This document shows positions 9,784-20,598 of a stretch of DNA of 64,000 nucleotides, piece after piece. The position numbers and the translations under genes were made by a program. The stretch lies in contig CANQJH010000001.1 of NCBI GenBank assembly GCA_947624195.1, positions 49,233 to 113,232 on the forward strand, written 5' to 3'. Origin of the DNA: an uncultured Clostridia bacterium. Lineage in GTDB: Bacteria > Bacillota > Clostridia > TANB77 > CAG-508. The notes under the pieces were generated by a model. That model did not search any database and had not been told where the DNA came from. It worked only from the letters and a program-made list of their open reading frames with translations. Within the stretch, counting starts at the first letter, position 1. Each line of letters starts with the position of its first letter.

Positions 9784-11076
9784 ATGATGAAAAACAAAGG
9801 AATAACACTAGTTGCTTTAGTAGTAACAATAATAATTATGTTAATTTTAGCAGGGGTGACATTAAATATTGCTTTAGGTGATAACGGATTAATAAAGCAA
9901 ACAAAAAAAGCAGCGGATTTAGCAAAAGAGTCTATGAAAAATGAGGAAGAAGATGTAGGAAAACTAGTTAATCAATTAGATGAAGTAATAAAAGAAAGTT
10001 TACCAAGTACAGTAAAAGAAGCAATAGAAACAGAAGAAATATTTACAGTTAATAAGAAAATAACGGATGAAAGTGGAAAAACAATGGTAGTACCAAAAGG
10101 CTTTAAAGTAATAGAAGAAACTAATATAGATAGTGGCGTAGTCATAGCAGACGGAGAAGGTAATGAGTTTGTATGGGTACCATGTGAAGATGGTGAATAT
10201 AAAAAACATGTATATGATGTAAAACAAATAGATGATGCTACTACTACTTTAGCTGATGGAGTAAACAAAGAAAAAGGTTGGACTACATTACAGTATAGAA
10301 AATATAGTGATTGGAAAGATGAAGTAGATGAAGTGGCAAATATAAAAAGTGTGGAAGATAATAAAGGATTTTATATAGCGAGATATGAAGCGGGTGTACC
10401 CAAGAATGCAGATTTTTATGTAGAGGCTTCTGCTGAAGGAGTTAAAAATAAAAATTATCCACAAAGTAAAAATGATATAAGTGATAATATAAAGCCAGTA
10501 AGTAAAAAAGGAGTGCAAACATGGAATTTAATAAGTCAAATAAATGCTAAAACCGTATCCGAAAGAATGTATAGCGGAGAATCTTACGGAGTAAGAAGTC
10601 AACTAGTAGATGGAACTGCATGGGACACTGCCGTAACATGGATGTCAAAAGAGTACGTAGGAATAGAAAAAAATAGTACAAATTATGGAAATTATAATAA
10701 CACACCTACAAAAGAAATAACAGGCTTATATGCAGCACATACTTATAGTGATGGTTGGCAATTAGCAACAAGTTATGGTTATGGAAAAAAAAGTATAGGT
10801 GGAAGAAGTAGTTTGAGAACTGAAATAGCGACAGGCTTAGTAAATGAGTTTAAACTAAAAAACATATATGATATGGCTGGAAATATGTATGAATGGACTA
10901 CAGAATATGGATATCATGATGGTGGAACCAGCAGTACAAAATATGTTGTTCAGCGAGGAGGATGTCCTACTGACGATGGTGGTGTCCACCCAGTTTCTGT
11001 TCGTAGTGGCTATTGGGCAGAAACGGTAGAAAATAATCCTGTATTTGGTTTTCGAGTTGTACTTTATGTAAAATAA
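9784..11076 (+). CDS. pilin-like-anchored protein with a C-terminal FGE-sulfatase-like domain; candidate DGR target 2, paralog of target 1
   Basis: Same N-terminal KNKGITLVALVVTIIIMLILAGV anchor and stalk. C-terminus carries IYDMAGNMYEWT, QRGGC and GFRVV. The ORF track starts at a GTG at 9775; the ATG at 9784 has a better RBS. Confidence 0.8.
   Translation: MMKNKGITLVALVVTIIIMLILAGVTLNIALGDNGLIKQTKKAADLAKESMKNEEEDVGKLVNQLDEVIKESLPSTVKEAIETEEIFTVNKKITDESGKTMVVPKGFKVIEETNIDSGVVIADGEGNEFVWVPCEDGEYKKHVYDVKQIDDATTTLADGVNKEKGWTTLQYRKYSDWKDEVDEVANIKSVEDNKGFYIARYEAGVPKNADFYVEASAEGVKNKNYPQSKNDISDNIKPVSKKGVQTWNLISQINAKTVSERMYSGESYGVRSQLVDGTAWDTAVTWMSKEYVGIEKNSTNYGNYNNTPTKEITGLYAAHTYSDGWQLATSYGYGKKSIGGRSSLRTEIATGLVNEFKLKNIYDMAGNMYEWTTEYGYHDGGTSSTKYVVQRGGCPTDDGGVHPVSVRSGYWAETVENNPVFGFRVVLYVK
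10920..11073 (+). other. possible variable-region-like 3' segment of target 2 (weaker composition signal)
   Basis: Moderately GC-enriched relative to the gene body; homologous in position to the patch in target 1 but with a codon indel relative to it. Confidence 0.3.
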
Positions 11077-11296
11077 ATTCTACCACTTTTGTAGTAAGAT
11101 GGAAGATTAAATGATTTTGGAGAGTTTTATATAGTGGAAGTGAAGAAAAACCATGGAGAAAGGGCAAGAATATCCAATACGGAGCCTTTAAGTTATTTTG
11201 ATAAAAATTAAAAAAATTGGCAAAATATGATAAAAAATGTTGCTAATTTTGCTATTAAGTTGTATAATCATTTAAATTACGTAAAGGAGAAACAAT

Positions 11297-11731
11297 TTGG
11301 AGAAATTAAACTTAGCAACAATAAATAAGGCTCATAGTAAAAACATAAAAATAGGTGAATTAAATGAGCAAGTTATAGAATTATTAAAATTAGATTTAAA
11401 ACCACAGAATATTAATATTTGGTCATCCAGATTAAAAGAACATTGTGAAAAACACAAAGATGAATACTCTAGTGTAAATGCATATAATCAAGCAATAAGA
11501 TTTATTCCGGAGATAATTAAAAATCCAGATTATGTTGGATTACATAGAAATGGTAATATTCAGTATGTAAAAAAGTTAGAAGACATATCTTTAGTCGGAA
11601 TACAAATTTTAAAAGGTAGTGGGCACTTATTATTTAGAACAATTTTCCCAATTTCAGAAACAAAGTTGAAAAAATCTGTAAGAAGTGGAAAGCTAATAGA
11701 ATTTAAAAATAAACAAAGAGAAAATACATAA
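11297..11731 (+). CDS. hypothetical protein, 144 aa
   Basis: Intact ORF whose 3' end is duplicated at 7740..7840; no family recognised with confidence. Confidence 0.5.
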   Translation: MEKLNLATINKAHSKNIKIGELNEQVIELLKLDLKPQNINIWSSRLKEHCEKHKDEYSSVNAYNQAIRFIPEIIKNPDYVGLHRNGNIQYVKKLEDISLVGIQILKGSGHLLFRTIFPISETKLKKSVRSGKLIEFKNKQRENT

Positions 11732-12148
11732 AGTATTTCCTCTTTTTAATTTTGGTTAATAGGTAGGACGGCGTACCCTACATCTACTTATAAGACCATC
11801 TCTGGCGTGATAGCTGCCACTTTCTATCCTCAATTAACCTACTATGAGTGTACTCATAATTTTAAAAATTATGCATTACCTATATGTAAATATATTACAA
11901 AAATCTCAATAAGTCAATAGGTTTTAATTATTTTTTACAATTGTTGAACTAATTATAACTATATTTTAACATATTATTATAATTATGTCAACGGCTAAGA
12001 TATAGAATTTTTTCGTTTGTGCCTTTTTTTACTTTTTAATTGTAAAAAAATTTACATACTTTATTTTAATATTCGCCTCACTTTAAATTATTTTTTGTTT
12101 TTTTGCTCCTTTCTATATTTTACCAGTACAAGATGACACAATCTCCCT

Positions 12149-12571
12149 GTGATAACTTTACATAATTTTTATGACTTTTTTATGCAACTAAACTCCTTAT
12201 ATTTTTTTCCTTATTTTTTATATGTCCTTTTGCCATTGTTAACATCACTACAAACGTTAAACTTAGCATTAAATTCATTTTCTTCAATCCTCGTATGGGA
12301 AAATAATTGGGATAATATTCAACCATTTTTCAAATATGGACCACAGACAAGAAAAATAATGTATACAACAAATGCGATTGAGAGTCTAAATAATTGTTAT
12401 AAAAGATTAAATAAAGGAAGACGAGTATTTCCAACGATTCAAGCACTAGAAAAAAGCATGTATTTATCAACTCAAATGATTATTGAAAAATGGACTAGCA
12501 GATATGCGAACTGGGGCGTAACATTGGCAGAATTAAATATTTATTTTCCAGATAGGGTAAATATAGATTAA
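12149..12571 (+). pseudogene. IS256-family transposase, C-terminal fragment only
   Basis: Residues IMYTTNAIESLNNCYKRLNKGRRVFPT...KWTSRYANWGVTLAELNIYFPDRV match the conserved C-terminus of IS256/mutator-type transposases. The catalytic N-terminal two-thirds are absent and the upstream part of the ORF is nonsense. Confidence 0.75.
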
Positions 12572-12833
12572 AAGAAAAAAGGCATAATTTAAGCCTGCTA
12601 AAATTTGCATTTTAGTAGGCTCAAAAATCATACCTTGACAAATGGAAATTTGTCGATTATATTAATTTTAGTAAAAAACATAAATAAATTTTTTCATATT
12701 TATGTTTAATATCATAAGAAGTTTAAAGTTTACACAAACTTTACGATACTCTCATCAAAATAGAATTTGAGTTTTATCAAATAAAAATATCATTTGTAAA
12801 GTAACATTAGTTATTTTGCTATTAAAATGCAAA

Positions 12834-12867
12834 ATATCGTCAAGCAAAGCAAATTACTTGACGATAT
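12834..12867 (-). terminator. uvrB intrinsic terminator (bidirectional hairpin)
   Basis: atatcgtcaag...cttgacgatat stem 3 nt after the uvrB stop, followed by a T-run on both strands. Confidence 0.6.
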
Positions 12868-12870
12868 TTT

Positions 12871-14826
12871 TTATTTAAAATTTTCCAATTCTTTAATTTT
12901 ATCTCTAACTTCTGCAGCCTTTTCAAATTCTAAGTTTTGAGCATAATTAATCATTTCATTTGTCAATCTATTAATTGCATCTTCCAAAGACTCATCTTTG
13001 TTAATAATAGAAGAACTTTTATCTTCAACTTCATAAGTAGCTTTAATTGTCTCTCTAATTTCTTTTTGAATAGTTTTAGGAGTTATATTGTTTTTTATGT
13101 TGTATTCTTCTTGAATTTTTCTTCTTCTATTTGTTTCAGATATAGCTCTATCCATTGATTCGGTAAGTTCATCTGCATACATTATAACTTTGCCGTCAGT
13201 ATTTCTAGCTGCTCTTCCTATGGTTTGTACTAAAGATCTTTCTGAACGTAAAAATCCTTCTTTATCAGCGTCTAAAATTGCAACAAGTGAAACTTCTGGT
13301 ATATCTAATCCCTCTCTTAAAAGGTTTATACCTACTAGTACATCAAACTTTCCTAAACGTAAATCTCTTATTATTTCCATCCTCTCTAGGGCTTTAATGT
13401 CTGAGTGCATATATCTCACTTTTATATCTAATCCAGCTAAGTATTTGGTTAAATCTTCTGCCATTTTTTTAGTTAAAGTTGTGACTAATACTCTTTCATT
13501 TTTCTTTGTTCTTTCGGTAATTTCTGCTATTAAATCATCAATTTGATTTTCAACAGGTTTAACTTCGATTTTAGGGTCAAGTAATCCGGTAGGACGTATA
13601 ATTTGTTCAACAACTCTATCTTTAGAGTGTTCTCTTTCATATTCTGCAGGAGTAGCACTTACGAAAATTGCTTGATTTATTCTTTGTTCAAATTCTTCGA
13701 ATTTTAAAGGTCTATTGTCAAATGCTGAAGGTAATCTAAATCCATATTCGACTAAAGTTTCTTTTCTTGCTCTGTCTCCATTATACATTGCTCTTACTTG
13801 TGGTATGGTGGCATGTGATTCGTCAACTAAAAGCAAAAAATCTTTAGGAAAATAATCAAATAGGGTAAAAGGGCTACTTCCGGGTTCTCTGCCACTGATA
13901 TGTCTTGAATAGTTTTCTATTCCTTGACAAAAACCAGTTTCTCTCATCATCTCTAAATCAAAGTTTGTTCTTTCTTCAATTCTTTGTGCTTCAAGTAATT
14001 TACCTTTTGCTTTAAAATAATTTATTCTTTCCTCTAATTCTTGCTGTATAGTAGTTATGGCTCTTTCCATTTTATCCTCTGTAGTAACATAGTGTGAATT
14101 AGGGAAAATCATAACATGGCTTCTAGTTCCTGCAATTTTTCCGGTTAGAGGATTAATTGCTTCAAGTTTTTCTATTTCATCACCCCAAAAGCTAACTCTA
14201 ATTGCAGTTTCACTTTCGTCAGATGGATAGATTTCTACAACGTCACCTTTGGCTCTGAAAGTTCCTCTTTTGAAATCTAATTCATTTCTGTTATATTGTA
14301 AGCTGATTAATTTTCTTAACAGTTCGTTTCTTTCTTTTTGCATACCAGGTCTTAGAGAAATAATCATATTTTCGTAATCAATAGGGTCTCCTAATCCATA
14401 TATACATGAAACAGAGGCAACAACTATAACATCTCTTGTTTCAAATAGGGAAGCTGTGGCTGAGTGCCTTAATTTATCTATTTCATCATTAATAGAAGCG
14501 TCTTTTTCTATGTAAGTATCAGAAGATGGGACATAAGCTTCTGGCTGGTAATAATCATAATATGATACAAAGTATTCAACATTATTTTCTGGAAAAAACT
14601 CTTTGAATTCACTATATAATTGTCCAGCTAATGTTTTATTGTGTGCTAAAACAAGAGTAGGCTTTTGTACTTGCTCTATGATATTGGCCATTGTAAAAGT
14701 TTTTCCGCTTCCAGTTACACCAAGCAAAGTCTGGAATTTCTTGCCGTCTTTGACTCCGTTACTCAAATATTCTATTGCCTGTGGCTGGTCCCCAGTCGGT
14801 TTGTAATTTGATACTAATTTGAACAT
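12871..14826 (-). CDS. uvrB: excinuclease ABC subunit B
   Basis: Walker A GVTGSGKT, helicase motifs, and a C-terminal UVR domain ([13 protein letters not shown]). The ATG at 14826 has an RBS; the ORF track extends to a TTG at 14841. Confidence 0.9.
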   Translation of the reverse strand: MFKLVSNYKPTGDQPQAIEYLSNGVKDGKKFQTLLGVTGSGKTFTMANIIEQVQKPTLVLAHNKTLAGQLYSEFKEFFPENNVEYFVSYYDYYQPEAYVPSSDTYIEKDASINDEIDKLRHSATASLFETRDVIVVASVSCIYGLGDPIDYENMIISLRPGMQKERNELLRKLISLQYNRNELDFKRGTFRAKGDVVEIYPSDESETAIRVSFWGDEIEKLEAINPLTGKIAGTRSHVMIFPNSHYVTTEDKMERAITTIQQELEERINYFKAKGKLLEAQRIEERTNFDLEMMRETGFCQGIENYSRHISGREPGSSPFTLFDYFPKDFLLLVDESHATIPQVRAMYNGDRARKETLVEYGFRLPSAFDNRPLKFEEFEQRINQAIFVSATPAEYEREHSKDRVVEQIIRPTGLLDPKIEVKPVENQIDDLIAEITERTKKNERVLVTTLTKKMAEDLTKYLAGLDIKVRYMHSDIKALERMEIIRDLRLGKFDVLVGINLLREGLDIPEVSLVAILDADKEGFLRSERSLVQTIGRAARNTDGKVIMYADELTESMDRAISETNRRRKIQEEYNIKNNITPKTIQKEIRETIKATYEVEDKSSSIINKDESLEDAINRLTNEMINYAQNLEFEKAAEVRDKIKELENFK

Positions 14827-14939
14827 TTTATTCCCTTTCAAGTTTTTTACTAAATGAATTATAAGTATTTTAGCATTTTATCTAAAAAAATACAAGGTTT
14901 TAATCCCTTGTATTTATACAATAAATTTCTTAATAGTTA

Positions 14940-15272
14940 CTATTCATCTTTTAAATATCGTTCCCAATCCATAAAAGCATGTCCTATTCTTAAAATAAAA
15001 ACTATATTATTTTCTTCGTCAATAATATAAAATATTATATAATTTCTTACATTGACTTTTCTAATATTTTTATGTCCTGTTAATTTTTCATCAAGTATAG
15101 GCATACTTCCAGCGACATCTTCCAATTTTTTAAATTCTTGTTTAAATAAAATTTTATATTTATCCGCAATAATATCTTCACACAAATCATTTCTAAGATA
15201 TGAAATAATGTTTTCTAAGTCTTGCTCTGCTGTTTCTGAAATTTTTATTATATATTTTTTCATACTATTCAC
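14940..15272 (-). CDS. type II toxin, RelE/ParE family
   Basis: About 110 aa with the ParE-like C-terminus NYIIFYIIDEENNIVFILRIGH; immediately downstream of a small antitoxin-like ORF. Confidence 0.7.
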   Translation of the reverse strand: MNSMKKYIIKISETAEQDLENIISYLRNDLCEDIIADKYKILFKQEFKKLEDVAGSMPILDEKLTGHKNIRKVNVRNYIIFYIIDEENNIVFILRIGHAFMDWERYLKDE

Positions 15273-15281
15273 TCCAAATAT

Positions 15282-15539
15282 TTATATAATATCTATTTTT
15301 TCAAAGACTTCATCTAAAGAATAGACTTTATTAGCTTTTATATCATCTATCCCTTTTTGTAATTTTTCTTTTAAATCCTTTTTGCTCTGTATTTCTACAC
15401 TATTAGGTGCTTCTTTATCTATATGTGATAGTTTTAAATATTCGATAAAATCAATAACTTGATTAGTTAGTTCTTCTGGTAATGTATCTATTTCATTATA
15501 TAATCTTTGCTTTTCTATTGACATATTACTTACCTCCAA
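15282..15539 (-). CDS. type II antitoxin (RelB/ParD-like)
   Basis: 85-aa acidic protein 9 nt upstream of the toxin, in the classic antitoxin-then-toxin order. Confidence 0.6.
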   Translation of the reverse strand: MEVSNMSIEKQRLYNEIDTLPEELTNQVIDFIEYLKLSHIDKEAPNSVEIQSKKDLKEKLQKGIDDIKANKVYSLDEVFEKIDII

Positions 15540-15731
15540 ATTTCATATTTTGAATTTTTTCAATACACTATTATTATAGCACTAAAAAAGAAAAAATACT
15601 ACTAAAAATGGTTACATTTGTTGAAAATATTTTACAATTGAATTTCTTTCTTGGGTTTATTAGTTTTATAATTTTCCAATATTATATCACAAAGATATGC
15701 TAATGTACATATGCTACTTTAGGAGATAAAT

Positions 15732-15899
15732 ATGTTTAAGTGTTTTAGAGAATTGTACGAGGATGCTAAGAATATTGCATTCATAGACCCAGCATGTAAA
15801 AATATTTTTGAAGCAATGTTGTTATATCCTGGATATCATGCTTTAGTGATTCATAGAATAAGTCATTTTTTATATTATACGATTAGATGCTATAAATAA
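15732..15899 (+). pseudogene. cysE: truncated serine O-acetyltransferase (cysE N-terminal ~50 aa only)
   Basis: MFKCFRELYEDAKNIAFIDPA...YPGYHALVIHRISHFLY aligns with the CysE N-terminus, then a stop; the hexapeptide-repeat body is missing. Confidence 0.7.
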
Positions 15900-15962
15900 T
15901 CTTTATTATATTAATTAGAGTCTACAAATAATTTTTATTATTTTAATTTGACATTTACCATT

Positions 15963-17147
15963 TTAATTATTTGGGTTTTCATCTGGAGGTATTCTATCCT
16001 CTCTATTTGGAATCCTAGACTCATATTCTGCAACATTTATTATATCTCCGTCGGTTAAATGATCAAAATCCTTTTCGTCATATTCATCTCTTAATGCTTC
16101 TGTTAAATCTTCTGGGTCTATATCGTATCTTTCGGCGATTTCAGTAATTCTGTCCATGACGTCAATTTGTGGAGTATATTGTGTATCCATAATTATCTCT
16201 TGGCTTGCTCTTTCCTCATTATGCGTTCTTTGAGGAATTTGCTCAGCAATCATCTGCTCTGTAGATATAGCTCCTCTAGCATAAAATGTAGTTTTATCTA
16301 CCGTGCCATTATCACATAGACCTATAACTTGATCTCTATCTATTTCGCTTTGTGATTTTACTCTAAAAGCACATAATACAGGAGCCTGAACAACATCACC
16401 ATTTTCTTGCATTAAAGTAATAGCATTAGCACTTGTTAAATATTCCACTTTATCTTGGCCTATTTCTTCTGCATAACCATTATTGTCTATTCCCATTAAT
16501 TTGTATATTCCAGAAGAAGTTTTGATTATTTGATATGAAGCATAGTCCTCGTTAAGAGCATCATTTACATTGTAATGTGCACTTATTTTTTCAGTTCCTT
16601 GAATTCTATCATATTGAGAACCACCCAAACTGTCTGCATTGATTTTTAGGTTGTGATTAGCATCAATTGTAGCAGCATAAGTAACATCTTCTTTGGACAA
16701 ACCTAATGATTGAGCAGATGACTCAACTTGTTTATCAATTTCCTTTAACTCATTTAAAGAAATCTTATCAGGATTGTCTCTTAGTCCCTCTAACTCAGCC
16801 AAATCTCTTTCAATCAAAGAAGTATCATACATTAATTTATAAAAATTGATTTCATTCTTTGCAATATTAATTTTATCAAGGTTAATTCTATCAAGTTCTG
16901 TGTCATATAATTCATGATTGGTTTGACCATTTTCTTTATTTAATATCACAACATCAAAAACTACTTTTCCATCAGCAGTTTTGTTATATGAAATGTCTAT
17001 CACGTCCAAGTTACCCGTTCTAACACCAGCATTTAATTCATTTTGTATTCTTTGAGATATAATGTCATATGAGCCTTGTAATATTCTAATTTGCTCAGAT
17101 GAATTTAATTTTTCAAAATTTTCTTTCCAATTATTATTTTCTTCCAT
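15963..17147 (-). CDS. hypothetical protein (about 395 aa from the Met at 17147)
   Basis: Long acidic ORF with no recognisable domain. The upstream 42 codons of the track ORF overlap the uvrA promoter region and are probably not translated. Confidence 0.5.
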   Translation of the reverse strand: MEENNNWKENFEKLNSSEQIRILQGSYDIISQRIQNELNAGVRTGNLDVIDISYNKTADGKVVFDVVILNKENGQTNHELYDTELDRINLDKINIAKNEINFYKLMYDTSLIERDLAELEGLRDNPDKISLNELKEIDKQVESSAQSLGLSKEDVTYAATIDANHNLKINADSLGGSQYDRIQGTEKISAHYNVNDALNEDYASYQIIKTSSGIYKLMGIDNNGYAEEIGQDKVEYLTSANAITLMQENGDVVQAPVLCAFRVKSQSEIDRDQVIGLCDNGTVDKTTFYARGAISTEQMIAEQIPQRTHNEERASQEIIMDTQYTPQIDVMDRITEIAERYDIDPEDLTEALRDEYDEKDFDHLTDGDIINVAEYESRIPNREDRIPPDENPNN

Positions 17148-17368
17148 ACTATTTAAAACCTTTCTAACTTTATACAATACACAGTAAAAAGTTTTAAGTA
17201 AACCTACTAAAATTATACCATATGTACAAAAAATAGTAAATAGTTTACAAAAAGTATTGACTTTACAAAACAAACGTTTTATAATATATTTGCACTAAAA
17301 AGTTATGGTGTAAATGCAAAAAGTCATTTGATTTTTTGCTAAAGATTTATAATGTTTGGGGTAATCAT

Positions 17369-20191
17369 ATGGAAAATATAATTATAAAAGGAGCAAAAGA
17401 ACACAATTTAAAAAATATCGATATAACAATTCCAAAAGACAAATTGGTAGTAATTACGGGACTTTCAGGATCTGGCAAATCTTCTCTTGCATTTGATACT
17501 TTATATGCTGAGGGTCAAAGAAGATATATGGAAAGCTTGTCTTCATATGCAAGGCAGTTTTTGGGCATAATGGATAAACCTAATGTGGAGCAAATTGAGG
17601 GACTTTCTCCTGCAATTTCTATTGACCAAAAAACTACCTCAAAAAATCCTCGTTCAACTGTAGGAACAGTTACAGAAATCTACGATTACATACGTTTGCT
17701 ATATGCAAGGATAGGTGTGCCTTATTGTCCTAAATGTGGTAAAAAAATTGAAAGACAGTCTGTGGACCAAATTGTAGATGATGTTTTAAAGCTTGAAGAG
17801 GGTAGTAGAGTGCAAGTTTTATCTCCAGTTATTCGTGGCAAAAAAGGAGAATACAAGAAGCTTTTAGAAGATTTTCAAAAAGAGGGCTTTGTTCGTGCTA
17901 GAATTGACGGCGACATCGTTGAGCTCACAGATGATATTGATATAGATAGAAAGAAAAAGCATGTCATTGATATTGTTATTGATAGGCTTGTTATTAAGAG
18001 TGACATTAGAGCAAGACTTACTGAATCCATCGAAATAGCAATGAAATATGCAGATAATTTAGTTAGAGTCGAAAGCTCAGGGAAAAGTGAAAAAATTTAT
18101 AGTGGCAATTATGCTTGTGCAGACTGTGGCATAAGCTTTGAAGAGCTTTCGCCAAGGATGTTTTCATTTAACAACCCATTGGGTGCTTGCCCAGTATGTA
18201 CTGGAATTGGTTATTTGATGAAAATGGATGAGGACCTAATCATACCAGACAAAAATCTAACTTTATATAATGGTGTAAAAGCTTTTGGAGCTAGTACAAT
18301 GAAAAAGGGCGAGACCATGGCTAAGATGTATTTTGAAGCTATTGGTAAGCATTATGGGGTTGATATAAAAGTTCCTATCAAAGAACTTCCTAGATGGTTT
18401 TTGGAAAAGATATTGTATGGTACAGGAGATGAGCTTATAGATTTTGAGTACACCTCTCCATTTGGTACTAGAAAAATTAGATCATCATTCGAGGGAGTTC
18501 TTCCTACTTTAGAGAGAAGACATAGAGAAACAAAATCACAAGGTATGATGCAATTTTATGAGTACTACATGAGTGAAGCAGAATGTCCAGAATGTCATGG
18601 CGCTAGATTAAAGCCAGAAGTACTAGCTGTAAGAGTAGGTAGTAAAAATATCAAAGAACTTACAGATATGTCCATTGTACATATTAAGGAATTTATAAAT
18701 AGCTTAAAACTTACTGAAAAAGAAGCAATAATTGCTGACCAAATATTAAAGGAGCTAAACAAGAGATTACAATTTTTAATAGACGTTGGACTTGATTATT
18801 TAACATTGTCAAGAAGTGCAGCTGCCTTGTCAGGAGGCGAGTCACAGAGAATAAGGTTAGCTACTCAAATTGGTTCTGGACTTACTGGTGTAATGTATAT
18901 ACTAGACGAACCTAGTATAGGACTTCATCAAAGGGATAACGACAAACTTATAGCAACTTTGAAAAAGCTTAGAGATTTAGGCAATTCGGTAATTGTAGTT
19001 GAGCATGATATAGATACCATGTATGCGGCAGATCAAGTTATAGATATAGGTCCTGGTCCAGGAGTACATGGTGGAGAAGTAATGGCTCAAGGAACTGCCG
19101 ATGAAATAAAAGATGTTAAAGATTCGATAACCGCTCAATATTTAAGCGGTAGAAAGCAAATTACTGTACCAAAACATAGAAGAAAACTTACTGGGAAATA
19201 TTTAGAGATAGTAAAAGCAAAGGAAAATAACCTAAAAAATATTTCAGTAAAAATTCCTCTTGGTCAGTTTGTCTGTGTTACAGGTGTTTCTGGCTCGGGT
19301 AAAAGTACATTAGTAAATGAAGTTTTGTATAAAAATATTAATAAAGTTTTAAATAAATCAAATGAAAAAGTAGGAAAATGCCAAGAAATTAAAGGTATAC
19401 AAAATATAGACAAGGTTATAAATATTGACCAATCTCCAATTGGTAGAACACCAAGGTCTAACCCTGCAACATATACAGGTGTGTTTGATTTTATTAGAGA
19501 TATTTTTGCTACAACTAATGAAGCTAAAATGAGAGGTTATGAAAAGGGTAGATTTAGCTTTAATGTTGAGGGCGGTAGATGTGAGTCATGCCATGGCGAT
19601 GGAATAATTAAAATTGAAATGAACTTTTTATCGGATGTTTATGTTCCATGCGAGGTATGTAAAGGAAAAAGATACAACAGGGAAACTTTAGAGGTTAAAT
19701 ATAAAGGAAAGTCGATAGCTGATGTACTTGATATGACTGTTGAAGAAGCATTATCATTTTTTGAGAATATTCCTAGAATAAAACAAAAAATTCAAACTTT
19801 ATATGATGTAGGACTTGGATATATTAAGTTAGGACAACCATCTACAACTTTGTCTGGTGGTGAAGCTCAAAGAATTAAGCTAGCTACAGAACTTTCAAAA
19901 AGACCTACTGGAAAAACATTATACATATTAGATGAGCCTACAACTGGACTTCATATAGATGATGTTCATAGATTAGTTGATATTTTGCAGAGATTAGCTG
20001 ATAATGGAAATACTATTTTAGTTATTGAACACAACTTAGATTTAATAAAAACGTGTGACTACATAATTGATTTAGGACCAGAGGGCGGAGACAATGGTGG
20101 AGAAATTGTTGCAGTCGGCACTCCTGAAAAGGTTTGCAAAAATGAAAAAAGTTACACAGGCAAATTTTTAAAAACTTATTTAGAAAAGTAA
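17369..20191 (+). CDS. uvrA: excinuclease ABC subunit A
   Basis: Two ABC ATPase modules ([18 protein letters not shown]), zinc fingers ([23 protein letters not shown]) and two LSGGE signatures. The ORF track starts at an upstream TTG (17336). Confidence 0.9.
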   Translation: MENIIIKGAKEHNLKNIDITIPKDKLVVITGLSGSGKSSLAFDTLYAEGQRRYMESLSSYARQFLGIMDKPNVEQIEGLSPAISIDQKTTSKNPRSTVGTVTEIYDYIRLLYARIGVPYCPKCGKKIERQSVDQIVDDVLKLEEGSRVQVLSPVIRGKKGEYKKLLEDFQKEGFVRARIDGDIVELTDDIDIDRKKKHVIDIVIDRLVIKSDIRARLTESIEIAMKYADNLVRVESSGKSEKIYSGNYACADCGISFEELSPRMFSFNNPLGACPVCTGIGYLMKMDEDLIIPDKNLTLYNGVKAFGASTMKKGETMAKMYFEAIGKHYGVDIKVPIKELPRWFLEKILYGTGDELIDFEYTSPFGTRKIRSSFEGVLPTLERRHRETKSQGMMQFYEYYMSEAECPECHGARLKPEVLAVRVGSKNIKELTDMSIVHIKEFINSLKLTEKEAIIADQILKELNKRLQFLIDVGLDYLTLSRSAAALSGGESQRIRLATQIGSGLTGVMYILDEPSIGLHQRDNDKLIATLKKLRDLGNSVIVVEHDIDTMYAADQVIDIGPGPGVHGGEVMAQGTADEIKDVKDSITAQYLSGRKQITVPKHRRKLTGKYLEIVKAKENNLKNISVKIPLGQFVCVTGVSGSGKSTLVNEVLYKNINKVLNKSNEKVGKCQEIKGIQNIDKVINIDQSPIGRTPRSNPATYTGVFDFIRDIFATTNEAKMRGYEKGRFSFNVEGGRCESCHGDGIIKIEMNFLSDVYVPCEVCKGKRYNRETLEVKYKGKSIADVLDMTVEEALSFFENIPRIKQKIQTLYDVGLGYIKLGQPSTTLSGGEAQRIKLATELSKRPTGKTLYILDEPTTGLHIDDVHRLVDILQRLADNGNTILVIEHNLDLIKTCDYIIDLGPEGGDNGGEIVAVGTPEKVCKNEKSYTGKFLKTYLEK

Positions 20192-20388
20192 TAGTATATA
20201 GTATGTAAGTTTTTAAAAAATAATGAGTATAGTATTAGCTAGAATGCAAATTTCTTTCTCATAAATAAATTAAAAGCAGTTTAGTTTGTTGAAAAATCAA
20301 CATTATTGAACTGCTTTTGCTTTGCTTAGTTAAATATTAAAAATACAAATGAACATAAATATTTTTTTTGATTAATTTTATATTCTAA

Positions 20389-20598
20389 AAAAATTATTAT
20401 TAATTATATAGTTTAATAATAAATTTTTTCACTTAAAGTATATGGTATTAAAATATTTTTGTCAATACTATGTTGATAAAAATTTTTTTATTTTTTTCAT
20501 CAAAATAATTCAAAAAGCCTGATATAACTGTGAAACAAGTATTTTTAAATTATTATTAAACTATATATTTAATAATAAATAAAAAATAGGAGGAAACC
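20389..20598 (+). repeat. 5' regulatory region of target gene 3, duplicated (about 95% identity) upstream of target gene 4
   Basis: Near-identical to 24787..24994 down to the RBS (ataggaggaaaccatg). Confidence 0.8.

Noticed and set aside
9235-11073. Possibility that the target-1 and target-2 3' ends derive from one shared template
   Set aside because: Their alignment needs a one-codon indel, and several mismatches have non-A bases on both sides. They are paralogous domains rather than two homing products of one TR.
11755-11830. 80-bp ~50% GC patch considered as a template repeat in either orientation
   Set aside because: It shares only short k-mers (cttataag, cgtcct) with the target-1 patch, and their spacing is off by one nucleotide. 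Mismatches fall at non-A positions in both orientations. Its nature (IS end, RNA or relic) remains unknown.
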